DNA of 63,523 nucleotides, filler included, from Welwitschia mirabilis (GCA_051453625.1; 11 parts of one record of this genome joined end to end with filler, not necessarily neighbours in it), one strand, 5' to 3'. Positions 1 to 12,583 are shown, numbered from the whole stretch's first letter. Translations and numbers: made by a program. The notes: a model not told the origin generated them from the letters alone.

Positions 1-399
1 CATAATACAAATCTTGTTGGCATAAAACAAAAGTATGTACTATCTTTGGATTATATATTTCTTATTATTTTATTGTTTTTATAAGGTTAATAAATTATGT
101 TTTTCTATATATTTATTGACATTAACTTAGCCTTCTTAAATAAATATTTATGTAGCTATATATTTCCTTCTATGAACTCCCAAATTTTTATCTAAACATT
201 TGTGATATTCTCAAGGTAAGATATTTTAATAGTAATTAAAACATATTATTTACTCCTTATATTTTAGCTTTTCTATGGATTCATTTAATCTTTTCAGAGG
301 CATTAGCTCCTTGAATCTACTCTTATTAAGCCTTATTTATTTAAAACAACCTTATTTAACTCAATATTATATTGATGATATAGTTTAGTAACTTTAGTG

Positions 400-1400
400 C
401 ATCCTACAAGGATACATTTTTTGACTTTAACATTCCATTTATTTGACATCTATTTATGAAAGTGGATCATACAAATAAATAGTTTTAAGCGTGAGAGGTT
501 ATTGTATTTCTATTAATTTATCATAAAAATGAGATTTTCTAGACATACATATGTGTTGTAAATAAAAAAAAAAAGTATTTTTTTAATCCATGGTTTTTTT
601 TATTTTGTGATTTTATTTTATCATGGTGCACAAGGAATGATGATANNNNNNNNNNNNNNNNNNNNNNNNNNNNNNNNNNNNNNNNNNNNNNNNNNNNNNN
701 NNNNNNNNNNNNNNNNNNNNNNNNNNNNNNNNNNNNNNNNNNNNNTACATTTTTTGACTTTAACAGTCCCTTCATTTGATATCTATTTACAAAAGAAGAT
801 CATACTACTAAATAGTGTTAAGTGTTGAAGGTTATTATTTTTCTATCAATTTATCATAAGATTGAGTTCTTCTAAACATGCATAAGATATTTACATGTGT
901 TATAAACAAAAGAAAAGTATTTATTTCCTTTTAATCCATGGTTTCTTTATTTTATTTTGACATGATGCATAAGAAACGATGATATATGTCAATTCCTTTT
1001 TTCATAGAATTTTCTAGAAATTTCATAACATGTATTTTTATTTGTTGATAAAGTTCTTAGCTTTAGATAAATCCTATAAGGTTGCGTATCCTCTCTAATA
1101 ACTCATGATTAAGTCTAACATAGTAAAGGTCTTTTTTAAAATGATTTTTAGATTGTTCATCTATGTAACCAAATATTGATATATTATCTCCTTTATTTGG
1201 AAATGAAAATTACTTTCCTCTTAATATAATAATGCTTTCTCATTTAAGTACTTCAACTCACTATTAAAATAACTTATGCAATAGGTATTACCCTCTTTGA
1301 TAGTACTTACTTTCTTCTCTATTGCTATCATCATGACATTAAACAGGATTCTATTTTAGTCTAAGATTATATAGAACATTTCTCTATGTAATCTAGGTAA
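400..1400 (-). mobile_element. Highly degenerate Ty3/gypsy reverse transcriptase remnant
   Basis: Minus-strand fragments in the expected RT order: YIDE (~1165), FTMLDLIMSY* (~1100-1130, cf. FSKLDLRSGYHQ), LEELNLMIN (~850-875), ISNEGTVKVKK (~750-785, cf. ISxEGVxVDxxK). Many stops and frameshifts. Confidence 0.45.
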
Positions 1401-3180
1401 TAAACCTAAGAATAATCTAAAACTTCTCCAATATCCATATCTAATTATGAATTCTTATTTTTAATTCATATTATGCTATAGTATCTCTTATTTAACATAT
1501 ATAGTATATTCCTTATAAAATTCATATGTTGAATTATNNNNNNNNNNNTTATCTAATAGACCACTATAGTATAATAACTAAATTCAAATAACTAAATATA
1601 TATCATTATTATCCTATAAGAATTAATAGAATATTTCATTGATTTTAATTCATTTCCTTTCACAAAGGTAATCAAAGATGTGATTCCTTTTTACTATTGA
1701 AAGAATGACATCAAATATTAGTTCTCTAACCTAATGTATCTGGCCTCTCTTTTCAATTTTCTTATTTTTAATTTTATACTTTAAGTTATAAAATCCCTAT
1801 ATAATATATCTTATGAATTACTAATCTGATTCCTCTATTTTCAAAACCATTTTCTTAGTTTCACTTCTTTCAATTACCTCATTTGTCCTACTTAGGCTTA
1901 TGTGTTTATTATCATAATTTTCTTTGTAACTTTACTTTTTACTATTTCTATTAATATTTTACCTCTTTTAAAATTATATAGAAAAATACTTTATTTACTT
2001 ATATATGCTAAGTTTTGTATGACTAATATGGTCATCCACCTATGGATATGTGAAAAAACTAGAAAAAACCTAATAGTGTCCTTACCTTTATAAGCAAGCT
2101 TTTTAATGTAATAAGAAAAGGAGGAGAAATAAAATTTCAGTTTGGGAAATCTTTCTTTTATTCTTTCATTTCCCAGAAAATGGTATCAGGGAATCTAAGA
2201 TAGGGTTCTTGAGGCTCTTAAAGTTTCTTTATTATTATTAAGCTTATTTAAGCTTCTTCTAGCCTTCATTTTTCTTACTCTTAAGCTTGGGGAGGCTTTT
2301 AGTTTAGATTGTCTTGAATTTCTTGGAAACTTGTTAAGTAGTTGTTCTTGTTGTTACCTCTTTTATTCCTTTTCATATTTGTCTTTTCTTAGGTTTTTAC
2401 TTATATTTAGGGATTTACCTTAGATATGCATTTTTCTTGTAATTTTTTATAAGGTTATCTTATGTTTTCTACAAGTTTATTGATTATAAGTTTAGCTGTA
2501 ATTTCTTTGTACATAGTTTACTTATATTTCATTTATAAGTTTTACAATATGCTGAGTATTATAACACATGCATCTTTGTTTTATAGCATTCTTGACTATT
2601 GTAGAAAACATTTTACATGCATTTTATTTCTTGTTTTCTACTTGTGTTTTTGCAAAAGCATTGACAATAGAAAATCCTAGTGCTTAATGCCCAAAATTCT
2701 TAAAATGTAGCCAATGGAGAAGCTTTTGGGCATGCTTTACTGAATATGTTTTACATTTCTAATATCTCNNNNNNNNNNNNNNNNNNNNNNNNNNNNNNNN
2801 NNNNNNNNNNNNNNNNNNNNNNNNNNNNNNNNNNNNNNNNNNNNNNNNNNNNNNNNNNNNNNNNNNNNTAATATCTCTTATTAATGCATTTTAGTTAATA
2901 GGTTGACCTACTCTTGACTGAGAACATAATGGTGGTCAATTTCTCTACTATCAATCGTGAGGCATGGCTTGCCTAGCTAGTTAGACTACCTAATTTGCTT
3001 TGTTCCTACTACTACTCGTTGCTACTTCACACTACTGATTTTATGTTGTCTGCCATCCACTGAGCTCATCCATCTATAATTAACCTTTATCTATGAATTG
3101 CCTCCAGCTTGTAGGTAGTAAGCTATGTTACTGATCCTACACTTCACTTACCGTGTAAGCCTATAGTCTGATCACCACTG

Positions 3181-3362
3181 CCTGTACTGATTTGATTTGT
3201 ATGCCTTTCTATCATACCAATATGTAATCTGGTACTCTTGCCTGTGCTAATCCAATTTGCACACTTATCTACCATACTGATATGTGATCCGGTGCTCTTG
3301 CATATGCTGATTTGATTCACACTTCTTTATGTAATACACCAATCTGTGTTCTGGAACTCTTG
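3181..3362. repeat. Degenerate 60-bp tandem repeat, about 3 copies, with a 30-bp sub-period
   Basis: Units 3181-3240, 3241-3300 and 3301-3362 begin cctgtactga/cctgtgctaa/catatgctga and end ggtactcttg/ggtgctcttg/ggaactcttg. Confidence 0.75.
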
Positions 3363-3753
3363 TGCCATTCTTATATTCCTTTTTACTAATCTGGTTCACC
3401 TCCACTAGCATGAGTTCTTAGGTGCCTTCTTTGCATTCAGTTACTTTGTAGATCCTCTTTTCCTGTTTGCATCTCTTCCGTGCCTCTGCAACATGTAGCT
3501 TCTTAACACTCTACCATGTATTATATCATGTTTTTATGTTACTTTTTAGTCTAATGTTAGTGTTTCATAGTGTTTAAAGATTTAATGAGTTTGCATCTTC
3601 TTCAAAATGGTGATGCCTTTGCACCTTGTTTAAAAAAACAAACATTGACATGTGCACCTTCTTTAACATCATTTATTACCTCCCTGTCAATGCCTATCAA
3701 CCATTTCTTGCATCACCATTTTTGCTAATAGTTCTTTTTCTTTATTTTATTAA

Positions 3754-3827
3754 TATGGCATTGGTGGAATGGTAGATTCATTTATCTACTAAACTGAAGA
3801 TTAGAAGATTTCATTCTAAGTGCTATA
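3754..3827 (+). pseudogene. Possible decayed tRNA-like or SINE-head sequence
   Basis: 74 nt. The ends TATGGCATT and AGTGCTATA can pair (two G-U). A-box-like TGGTGGAATGG, anticodon-loop-like CT-ACT-AA, weak B-box-like GATTTCATTC, then A-run and T-runs. Anticodon and T stems pair poorly. Confidence 0.25.
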
Positions 3828-5331
3828 AAAAAGGTTTTTATTTTTTTTCTTTTTTAAACCTTTATGCTAGCTATTTTTGTTTCTGTGAGCATGTGATTTT
3901 ATACTAGCTATGACATTTTTTATGCACATGTGTTTAGGTAAGCTATTGCTTAGCAATTTTCCTTATTTTTCACACACGACATTCTTTGATTCTTTTTTAA
4001 AAATAGTTTTGTATGGTTTTTTTTAAATGTTTTTTAAAAGGTTTTTAAGTTTTTTGGGCATTTCTTTCTTTGTAAGCCTAAAGGTCACTCTTTTAAACCT
4101 TTTCTAGTGTTTTTTAAAGGTTTTTGGAAACTTTTTCCCATCATTATGAACCCTTAAACTTTATTTTTCTTCTTTTTTCTCATTAAGTTAAGTTTGAAAT
4201 ATGAAGTAAGGTCCACTTAATTTAATTTTTTTTTCACCTCATAAGATTTGGTTTTGTGATTTGAATAGATTAAGCTAAGTTGGAATGTTGAGTAAGATTT
4301 ACTTAACTTAATCATACTAAGTCAAACCTNNNATTTTATGTATTTTGATGTGTCTATCTTTTTTCCCTTTAATTTTTTTTACACTTAACTTTTAATTTTT
4401 GTGATTATGGTTTTAAACATTAAAAATTACATTCACTTTAAACACATAAAATTCTTTAGGGATAATAAGTCTTAGTTAATGGTAGGCTCAAAGAGCCTTA
4501 TATAGAAAAAGATTTGTATCAAGCTATGCTATCCTCTGAGCTTATTATATAATCTTTAACTATAATAACTAGAAGTTTAAACTATATAGAGAGTGGTGTA
4601 TCTTTTAAGTAAAAATATCTTGACCACCTAAGATCTAGATTCCCAATTATGCCTTGTTAATCAAGGGTGTATTAGATGAAGGTCAAAGGAATTTCATTAT
4701 TAAATTAACAAGGAGGCATAAGTGTAATCAATTTTAAAATTTACTGAGTCTAAAGTATAAGTAAGTAACCAACATTTCATGTTACTCTTGATTAAAGAGG
4801 GGAATATAGCTAAGGTAACTAAAACTAGTTGATAACTTAGATGCCCNNNNNNNNNNNNTCACATTTTGTCTTTTCACTTCCTTAGGAGATAAGGGTACCA
4901 TCCTTGAAGAGGACATAATTACCATGTAGATTTAGGAACAAATCTAAAATTGATCAATCTCAGTATTTTCATCACATAAATTGAATCTAGATTCCTTCAT
5001 AAAATTTACCTCATAAACATTAAGAAATTATAAAAAATTTCTTTTATTTTTTTTTCATGTGCATAGAGTTTCAATCTTTTGGAGGGGATATTTAGCTTTA
5101 TTACACTTTCTATTTTGGATAGATTACTTAAATTATTGGAAGTTCCTCTTTCATTATGAGTATACCTCTTCATTATAATCCTTCTCTTACATTGCGACTT
5201 GGATAGATCACTTGAAACTATGGAAGAGAGAAAGATCATTTTTCCTATGAATATACCATTATCTTCATTTTTCGTTGTTTTCTTTTTGGATTTTTAATAA
5301 GATTTCTTTGTGTGATGGATAAATTGCTTTT

Positions 5332-5431
5332 NNNNNNNNNNNNNNNNNNNNNNNNNNNNNNNNNNNNNNNNNNNNTTAATTAATTAANNNNNNNNNNNNN
5401 NNNNNNNNNNNNNNNNNNNNNNNNNNNNNNN
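5332..5431. other. Artificial scaffold linker
   Basis: 44 N + TTAATTAATTAA + 44 N. Confidence 0.97.
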
Positions 5432-6544
5432 ATTATTAATAAAATAGAATAAATTAAAATTTCATTAATTTATTTCTTGTCATAATAACTTTATCCTATG
5501 TAGTTGTTGATGCATGATTATTCTCTTCTAAATAATCTTTGTACAATTACTAAGATTTAGCTACAAAGAAAATTTCATTATCTATTAAATTTATATTCTT
5601 CTTTTAAAATGATACCAATAATTATCTTAATATTAATCAAAATCTTCACTATCTAATAAATTGATAACCTTCAAAAGCTTAGATTTACTTAAATTCATCT
5701 TGTATGATTTCTTGAGCATTTGATACCTATGAATTTTATTAATGCTTATCATTCTTAGCATTATATGCTAGATGTTTAATATTATGTAAATATAAGATTA
5801 AAGTGGTCTAATATAAGGGCATCTAACATTGGATATTGTATGTGTATGAAAGCTTGTAATTCTAGAACAATAGCTTTAAACATAAAATATTATCTTGATT
5901 TTTGTTCTTTTTATTTCCACAACCTCTCTAAGTAATTTGAAATCATTTGCTTGGAATTTTAACCTCTACATAAAATTTTTGAAACTAATTTCTTAGCATT
6001 TAAATTAATGATATGATATTTAAATTGAATGAAGATAATCTTAAAATCTAAAATATGCATTTCTTAATTGTGTGACTATATAGTAAACACCTAGATGAAT
6101 AATACTATTGTTCTTTATTATGTATTTAATTATTGTATTTGTAAATTCCTTAAAAGTTAAAATCTTTAATAAAATAAAAGATACTTTCAATTAGTACTAA
6201 AACAGATTATATTATTTATAATTATTAATAAGGACTTATGTTCACCCTGAATAGCTATTTAGAAAGAAGTGGATACATATAGAATTCATAGCTATTATAA
6301 TTTTGTTTAAAGAATAAGTATCTTTAATGCATATTAAAATTAGATCTATAAAATTATTATGTAATGTAATTTATCTAAAAATTAAAAAAATGATAAGTTT
6401 AAATTTTTCATCCCTTCTCAATTCATAGATGATACATTTTGAGTTTTTAAAGCATCAAAAGATTAAATATAAATTATCAAATAATGACTTATTAATTTCA
6501 AATAAGCCTCTAAGTTAAAAATGAATTTTATAAAAAGAAAACTT

Positions 6545-8028
6545 TGTTGATTTAGTATGTAAATGTTGTTAGATTATGAATTNNNNNNNNNNNNNNNNNN
6601 NNNNNNNNNNNNNNNNNNNNNNNNNNNNNNNNNNNNNNNNNNNNNNNNNNNNNNNNNNNNNNNNNNNNNNNNNNNNNNNNNNNNNNNNNNNNNNTCCTAA
6701 AACCTATCAAGTTTTGTTACTTTCTTAAGAGGTTGACTGAACTTCTAAGGGGTCAATCGCATTTGAAGCAAACTCTTATAAATGAACTAAAATCAGAGGA
6801 GTTAATCGAACATATGAGGGGTCGATCAGACCTATGAACCTAAGAATAGTACTCCCAAACTAATTACCATGAAGTCAACTAGACTTAGGAAAGGTTGATT
6901 GTACCTAAGCACTATGCATCTAATACATCTGAACCAATCATCAAGGGGTCAACTGGATACCTGAGGGGTCGACTACACCTGAGGACTGAGCATCAATGCT
7001 TTATATCCAATTAGCAAGGGGTTGATCAAGTTCCTAAAGGGTTGACTAGATCTGATGTAAAAAAATTAAGATGTATTTTATCAGGACCAAGCAGATGATC
7101 AGATAGATAAGTGAGCAACTAAATGAATGGTTAACCGAATCCTGAGGGGTTAACCAGACATGGAGCCATAAGAAACTAGGGTGACCAAAAAGTTTACTCG
7201 ATCAACCTATTTAAGTGATAGCACCAAGAGGGGTCAATTAAACATTCGAGGGGTTAAACAACTAGAATAAAAATGAAAATTTTATATTCATTATATAGTA
7301 GTTTTATGATTGTTGGAAGTGCATTTCAACTTGTAACAATTCTAAAAGCCTTCCATTATAAATAACCAAGAGTAAAATCACTATAAAATGTTTTTAACCT
7401 TTTTTCGAACTAGTGAATCTTATGGATTAATCATTGTACTCTATTGGCTTTTCATTCTTGATCAAAAATAAACCAATATCTATTGCATCTTTGCATTCGA
7501 GGCCAAATCTGTAACACTCCATTATTCCTAGATTGTATCATCTACAAGAAAGGTACTCCATTACTTTTCATTAAGATAAAAAATGATTGATACCAGTGCA
7601 CTTAGATGTTTATCATCACTACAATGACTTCTTGTAAAAGGTTGAGATTGAGCCTTCAAAAAACATATGTTTGAAAAGGTTGAAATTTAGTCTTCAGAAA
7701 AAGTCCATTTGTAAAGGTTGATAATAAGCATTCAGAAAAATTTTATTTGTAAAGATTACAGGAAGAGTTTAATGGAGATTTGGAATAGGCTTGGATAAAA
7801 GCTTATCATCAANNNNNNNNNNNNNNNNNNNNNNNNNNNNNNNNNNNNNNNNNNNNNNNNNNNNNNNNNNNNNNNNNNNNNNNNNNNNNNNNNNNNNNNN
7901 NNNNNNNNNNNNNNNNNNNNNNNNNNNNNNNNNNNNNNNNNNNNNNNNNNNNNNNNNNNNNNNNNNNNNNNNNNNNNNNNNNNNNNNNNNNNNNNNNNNN
8001 NNNNNNNNNNNNNTTTGTCGATCCTACA
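6545..8028 (+). repeat. 5' LTR of Sirevirus element 1
   Basis: Starts at about TGTTG 6545 and ends ...CCTACA 8028. TATAAATA at ~7357. Aligns with 50466-51980. Confidence 0.75.
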
Positions 8029-8030
8029 AT

Positions 8031-8042
8031 TGGTATCAGAGC
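8031..8042 (+). promoter_or_regulatory. Primer binding site (initiator tRNA-Met)
   Basis: TGGTATCAGAGC two bases after the LTR-terminal CA. Confidence 0.92.
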
Positions 8043-8094
8043 TAAGTTGAGTCCATATTAAGATTTTAACCGATCTAGACTTTAGAATCTAAAA

Positions 8095-10451
8095 ATGAGT
8101 AATTCCCCTTATGGCTTTTCCATTGGTCATCCACCTTTATTCATGGTTTAAATTATGCTTATTAGAAGGCTCAAATGAGAATCTTCCTTAGATCCCTAGA
8201 TGTGGATATTGAAGAGATTATTTATAAAGGATATACTATGCTTACATTAGCAAAAACTAATNNNNNNNNNNNNNNNNNNNNNNNNNNNNNNNNNNNNNNN
8301 NNNNNNNNNNNNNNNNNNNNNNNNNNNNNNNNNNNNNNNNNNNNNNNNNNNNNNNNNNNNNNNNNNNNNNNNNNNNNNNNNNNNNNNNNNNNNNNNNNNN
8401 NNNNNNNNNNNNNNNNNNNNNNNNNNNNNNNNNNNNNNNNNNNNNNNNNNNNNNNNNNNNNNNNNNNNNNNNNNNNNNNNNNNNNNNNNNNNNNNNNNNN
8501 NNNNNNNNNNNNNNNNNNNNNNNNNNNNNNNNNNNNNNNNNNNNNNNNNNNNNNNNNNNNNNNNNNNNNNNNNNNNNNNNNNNNNNNNNNNNNNNNNNNN
8601 NNNNNNNNNNNNNNNNNNNNNNNNNNNNNNNNNNNNNNNNNNNNNNNNNNNNNNNNNNNNNNNNNNNNNNNNNNNNNNNNNNNNNNNNNNNNNNNNNNNN
8701 NNNNNNNNNNNNNNNNNNNNNNNNNNNNNNNNNNNNNNNNNNNNNNNNNNNNNNNNNNNNNNNNNNNNNNNNNNNNNNNNNNNNNNNNNNNNNNNNNNNN
8801 NNNNNNNNNNNNNNNNNNNNNNNNNNNNNNNNNNNNNNNNNNNNNNNNNNNNNNNNNNNNNNNNNNNNNNNNNNNNNNNNNNNNNNNNNNNNNNNNNNNN
8901 NNNNNNNNNNNNNNNNNNNNNNNNNNNNNNNNNNNNNNNNNNNNNNNNNNNNNNNNNNNNNNNNNNNNNNNNNNNNNNNNNNNNNNNNNNNNNNNNNNNN
9001 NNNNNNNNNNNNNNNNNNNNNNNNNNNNNNNNNNNNNNNNNNNNNNNNNNNNNNNNNNNNNNNNNNNNNNNNNNNNNNNNNNNNNNNNNNNNNNNNNNNN
9101 NNNNNNNNNNNNNNNNNNNNNNNNNNNNNNNNNNNNNNATTGTGCCTCAACTATAAAACTTACCTAGCACATTGAAGTCTAATGATTTGAATGTGATTGA
9201 TGAAGAATAGGATGAGCTAGAAGATACTTGTTAAGAACAATACTTAGAATGTGAAAATTTAACAAATAACATAAATGATTTAAATAAGATTATAAAGTAT
9301 CTCATCAAAGAAAAGGACGAAATAAAATTAAAGTATAAAAAGATTAAATATAAAAATTTTGATCTCACTTTATAGGTAGAAGATTTATCTTTTTTTGTTA
9401 ATNNNNNNNNNNNNNNNNNNNNNNNNNNNNNNNNNNNNNNNNNNNNNNNNNNNNNNNNNNNNNNNNNNNNNNNNNNNNNNNNNNNNNNNNNNNNNNNNNN
9501 NNATCTCACTTTATAGTTAGAAGATTTATCTTTTTTTGTTAATAAGTTTTCTAATGGTTCTTATAAATTAGAATAAATGCTTGAAGTTTAAAAACCTATT
9601 GGTGATAAGTCAGGTATTGGATTCATCCCTCAAAATCCTCAAAGTTAGAAAAATCAGGTAACTTGATTAAGTAAATTCATTTCTAAAGTTACTCATCATT
9701 TCTTTGGTAAGATAGAACATTCAAAACTCTTTTGAACTACTAGAAAGTTAATTTTATTTTCAAATTCAGTTAGTTCTTTTCTTTTTAAATTTATTCCAAA
9801 ATGAGGTGTATTACATAAGTATAAAAAAACTAAGTAGATAAAAGCTAATGATTTAAAAAGTCTCTTAACTCAAACAGCTTCTAATGTTCCAAATGGCAGT
9901 AGCTGGTACTTAGACAATGGATGCTCAAGATACATGATGGAAGATAAATCCAGTTTCAAATAGTTGAGCAACTTTGATGGAGGAAAAGTTACTTTTAGCA
10001 ATAATAGAAGAGCAAAAATTAAAGGTATTGGAAGCATAGGTGGAGGTAACTTACCTAGAATTAATGAAGTTTTATATGTTAATTGTTTAAGCATAATTTA
10101 TTGAGTATTAGTTAAATATATGACAAAGGTCATAAGGTAGTTTTTAATAAGTCTAAATGTGAAATTTTGCATTGTAAATCAAATGATGTTATCCTTAGAG
10201 TAAATAGAATAGACAATGTTTATAGCATAGATCAATCTTTTTCCCCATGTTATTTTTTTCATGATGCTCATAAAGAGTTTTGTGATAAACAATTAGATCA
10301 TGTTAATTATAAAGTTGAAAAAGGAAATAATATTATGAATTTTATTAATACAGAACATTAACTAGCAGATACTATTATGAAACTCCTAAATTATAATATT
10401 TTTCTTTATCATTAAAAGAAACTGGAAATTAATTCACCATTCTCTAGTTGA
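8095..10451 (+). pseudogene. Copia gag-protease-GAG-pre-integrase fused to the RNase H C-terminus
   Basis: MSNSPYGFSIGHPPLF../NYAY*KAQMRIFLRSLD (Sirevirus gag start). WYLDNGCSRYM at 9904 (protease). LDHVNY|KVEKGNNIMNFINTEH*LADTIMKLL at ~10293-10390 (RNase H end). Confidence 0.85.
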
Positions 10452-10784
10452 TTTTAAGGTGATCAACTAGACCTATGATTTAGTCAACTAGAGAGCTCGA
10501 TCAACTAGCCTGAAAGCCCAGTCACCTATACTCCTTTTAGCATTATAGATTTGCATCTTGATGGGTTAACTAAAACTCCAATTGTTTGACTAAACTTGAA
10601 GGATTATAGTATGGAATTACTATCAATGGACCTAATTTATTTTTTAAAATCACCCTAAGTGACCTTCTCTATAAAAGCAAGGGTCGTCCAAATCCTTTTC
10701 ATTGTGTTTTAGCCTCTTGTTTCTTCTTGATCTAGTAATTTTCTTAGATTTTTCTTGTCTTTAAGCTCTTATCAAGAAGTTATA

Positions 10785-12483
10785 ATGACTAAGGGACCCT
10801 CTAGGAGAAGGATCAAGGAAGATCTAGTTAGAGATCCTTCTTACATCTACCAAGGAATGTCTAAAGATTCTTTGGAAAAATTCTATGAGAAGTTTGACAA
10901 GAAACCTATGTACTAGGAAAGATCTGTTACTACTTTAGAGCTTACGGAGTTCAAAAATATGATTCAATTCTTACGAGATTAGGATTTATTTTATTTTCTT
11001 AATGTTTTAGGTTTANNNNNNNNNNNNNNNNNNNNNNNNNNNNNNNNNNNNNNNNNNNNNNNNNNNNNNNNNNNNNNNNNNNNNNNNNNNNNNNNNNNNN
11101 NNNNNNNNNNNNNNNNNNNNNNNNNNNNNNNNNNNNNNNNNNNNNNNNNNNNNNNNNNNNNNNNNNNNNNNNNNNNNNNNNNNNNNNNNNNNNNNNNNNN
11201 NNNNNNNNNNNNNNNNNNNNNNNNNNNNNNNNNNNNNNNNNNNNNNNNNNNNNNNNNNNNNNNNNNNNNNNNNNNNNNNNNNNNNNNNNNNNNNNNNNNN
11301 NNNNNNNNNNNNNNNNNNNNNNNNNNNNNNNNNNNNNNNNNNNNNNNNNNNNNNNNNNNNNNNNNNNNNNNNNNNNNNNNNNNNNNNNNNNNNNNNNNNN
11401 NNNNNNNNNNNNNNNNNNNNNNNNNNNNNNNNNNNNNNNNNNNNNNNNNNNNNNNNNNNNNNNNNNNNNNNNNNNNNNNNNNNNNNNNNNNNNNNNNNNN
11501 NNNNNNNNNNNNNNNNNNNNNNNNNNNNNNNNNNNNNNNNNNNNNNNNNNNNNNNNNNNNNNNNNNNNNNNNNNNNNNNNNNNNNNNNNNNNNNNNNNNN
11601 NNNNNNNNNNNNNNNNNNNNNNNNNNNNNNNNNNNNNNNNNNNNNNNNNNNNNNNNNNNNNNNNNNNNNNNNNNNNNNNNNNNNNNNNNNNNNNNNNNNN
11701 NNNNNNNNNNNNNNNNNNNNNNNNNNNNNNNNNNNNNNNNNNNNNNNNNNNNNNNNNNNNNNNNNNNNNNNNNNNNNNNNNNNNNNNNNNNNNNNNNNNN
11801 NNNNNNNNNNNNNNNNNNNNNNNNNNNNNNNNNNNNNNNNNNNNNNNNNNNNNNNNNNNNNNNNNNNNNNNNNNNNNNNNNNNNNNNNNNNNNNNNNNNN
11901 NNNNNNNNNNNNNNNNNNNNNNNNNNNNNNNNNNNNNNNNNNNNNNNNNNNNNNNNNNNNNNNNNNNNNNNNNNNNNNNNNNNNNNNNNNNNNNNNNNNN
12001 NNNNNNNNNNNTCACTTAGTTTTTACCTATAATGTTTTTCCTTTAGTAAGTTATCATGATGAGGCATATAACTATAGGGCCTACTTGATTACTTGGTAGG
12101 AATCAGACACTCCATTAATGCCCCTATGATTATAACGAAAGATATGTTTTCTCAGTTGGAGTACCATAGAACTAGGGCTTTACCCTACTCTATGCTGATC
12201 ACTAATATGTGCCATCGTTATCAAAGTGATTTTTTATCCAAAGCTTGAAACCATTTAACTTATATTACCTATTGGGCATGCAACATTGTCTTACATGTAT
12301 ATTTTTGTTACTTCAAAGTAGTCCTTTAAATCTCCTTCTCCCAAGCAAACCTCTTCAGAAGAGACACTTTCATACTTAAGGCATATAAAGGAAGCTCTCA
12401 TTGTAGCTGAGTAAGAGATTGCTAATACTTCTGAGGAAGCTAGAAGTTCATTATGAAAGGTAGTTGAAGAAGAGGAAGAGGAA
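10785..12483 (+). pseudogene. Env-like extra ORF of Sirevirus element 1
   Basis: MTKGPSRRRIKEDL...KFYEKFDKKPMY*ERSV before the gap. HSINAPMIITKDM...ALPYSMLITNMC at ~12108-12215, matching the INxPxxIxxxM / LPYGMLIT pattern of plant retroelement extra ORFs. Lies 3' of pol. Confidence 0.65.
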
Positions 12484-12583
12484 NNNNNNNNNNNNNNNNN
12501 NNNNNNNNNNNNNNNNNNNNNNNNNNNTTAATTAATTAANNNNNNNNNNNNNNNNNNNNNNNNNNNNNNNNNNNNNNNNNNNN
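12484..12583. other. Artificial scaffold linker
   Basis: 44 N + TTAATTAATTAA + 44 N. Confidence 0.97.

Larger units (their letters stand above)
6545..12483 (+). mobile_element. Sirevirus-type (SIRE) Ty1/copia element 1, internally deleted, 3' end cut by linker
   Basis: LTR with repeated GGGGTCGATCGGAC-type palindromes, PBS TGGTATCAGAGC, gag, protease, RNase H tail and a downstream env-like ORF. Homologous to the element at 50466-54625. 5' boundary approximate. Confidence 0.85.

Noticed and set aside
2181-2190. TGGTATCAGG as a tRNA-Met PBS
   Set aside because: Only 9 bases match, there is no adjacent LTR-terminal CA, and no gag was found downstream.
4600-5330. LINE-like (QGGISV) or copia-like (GHLSY, PFDL) peptides
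   Set aside because: Conflicting strands and no supporting second domain.
5450-6100. hAT-like fragments on the minus strand (HFNLIF, TR*I)
   Set aside because: Motifs are too short and AT-biased to exceed chance.
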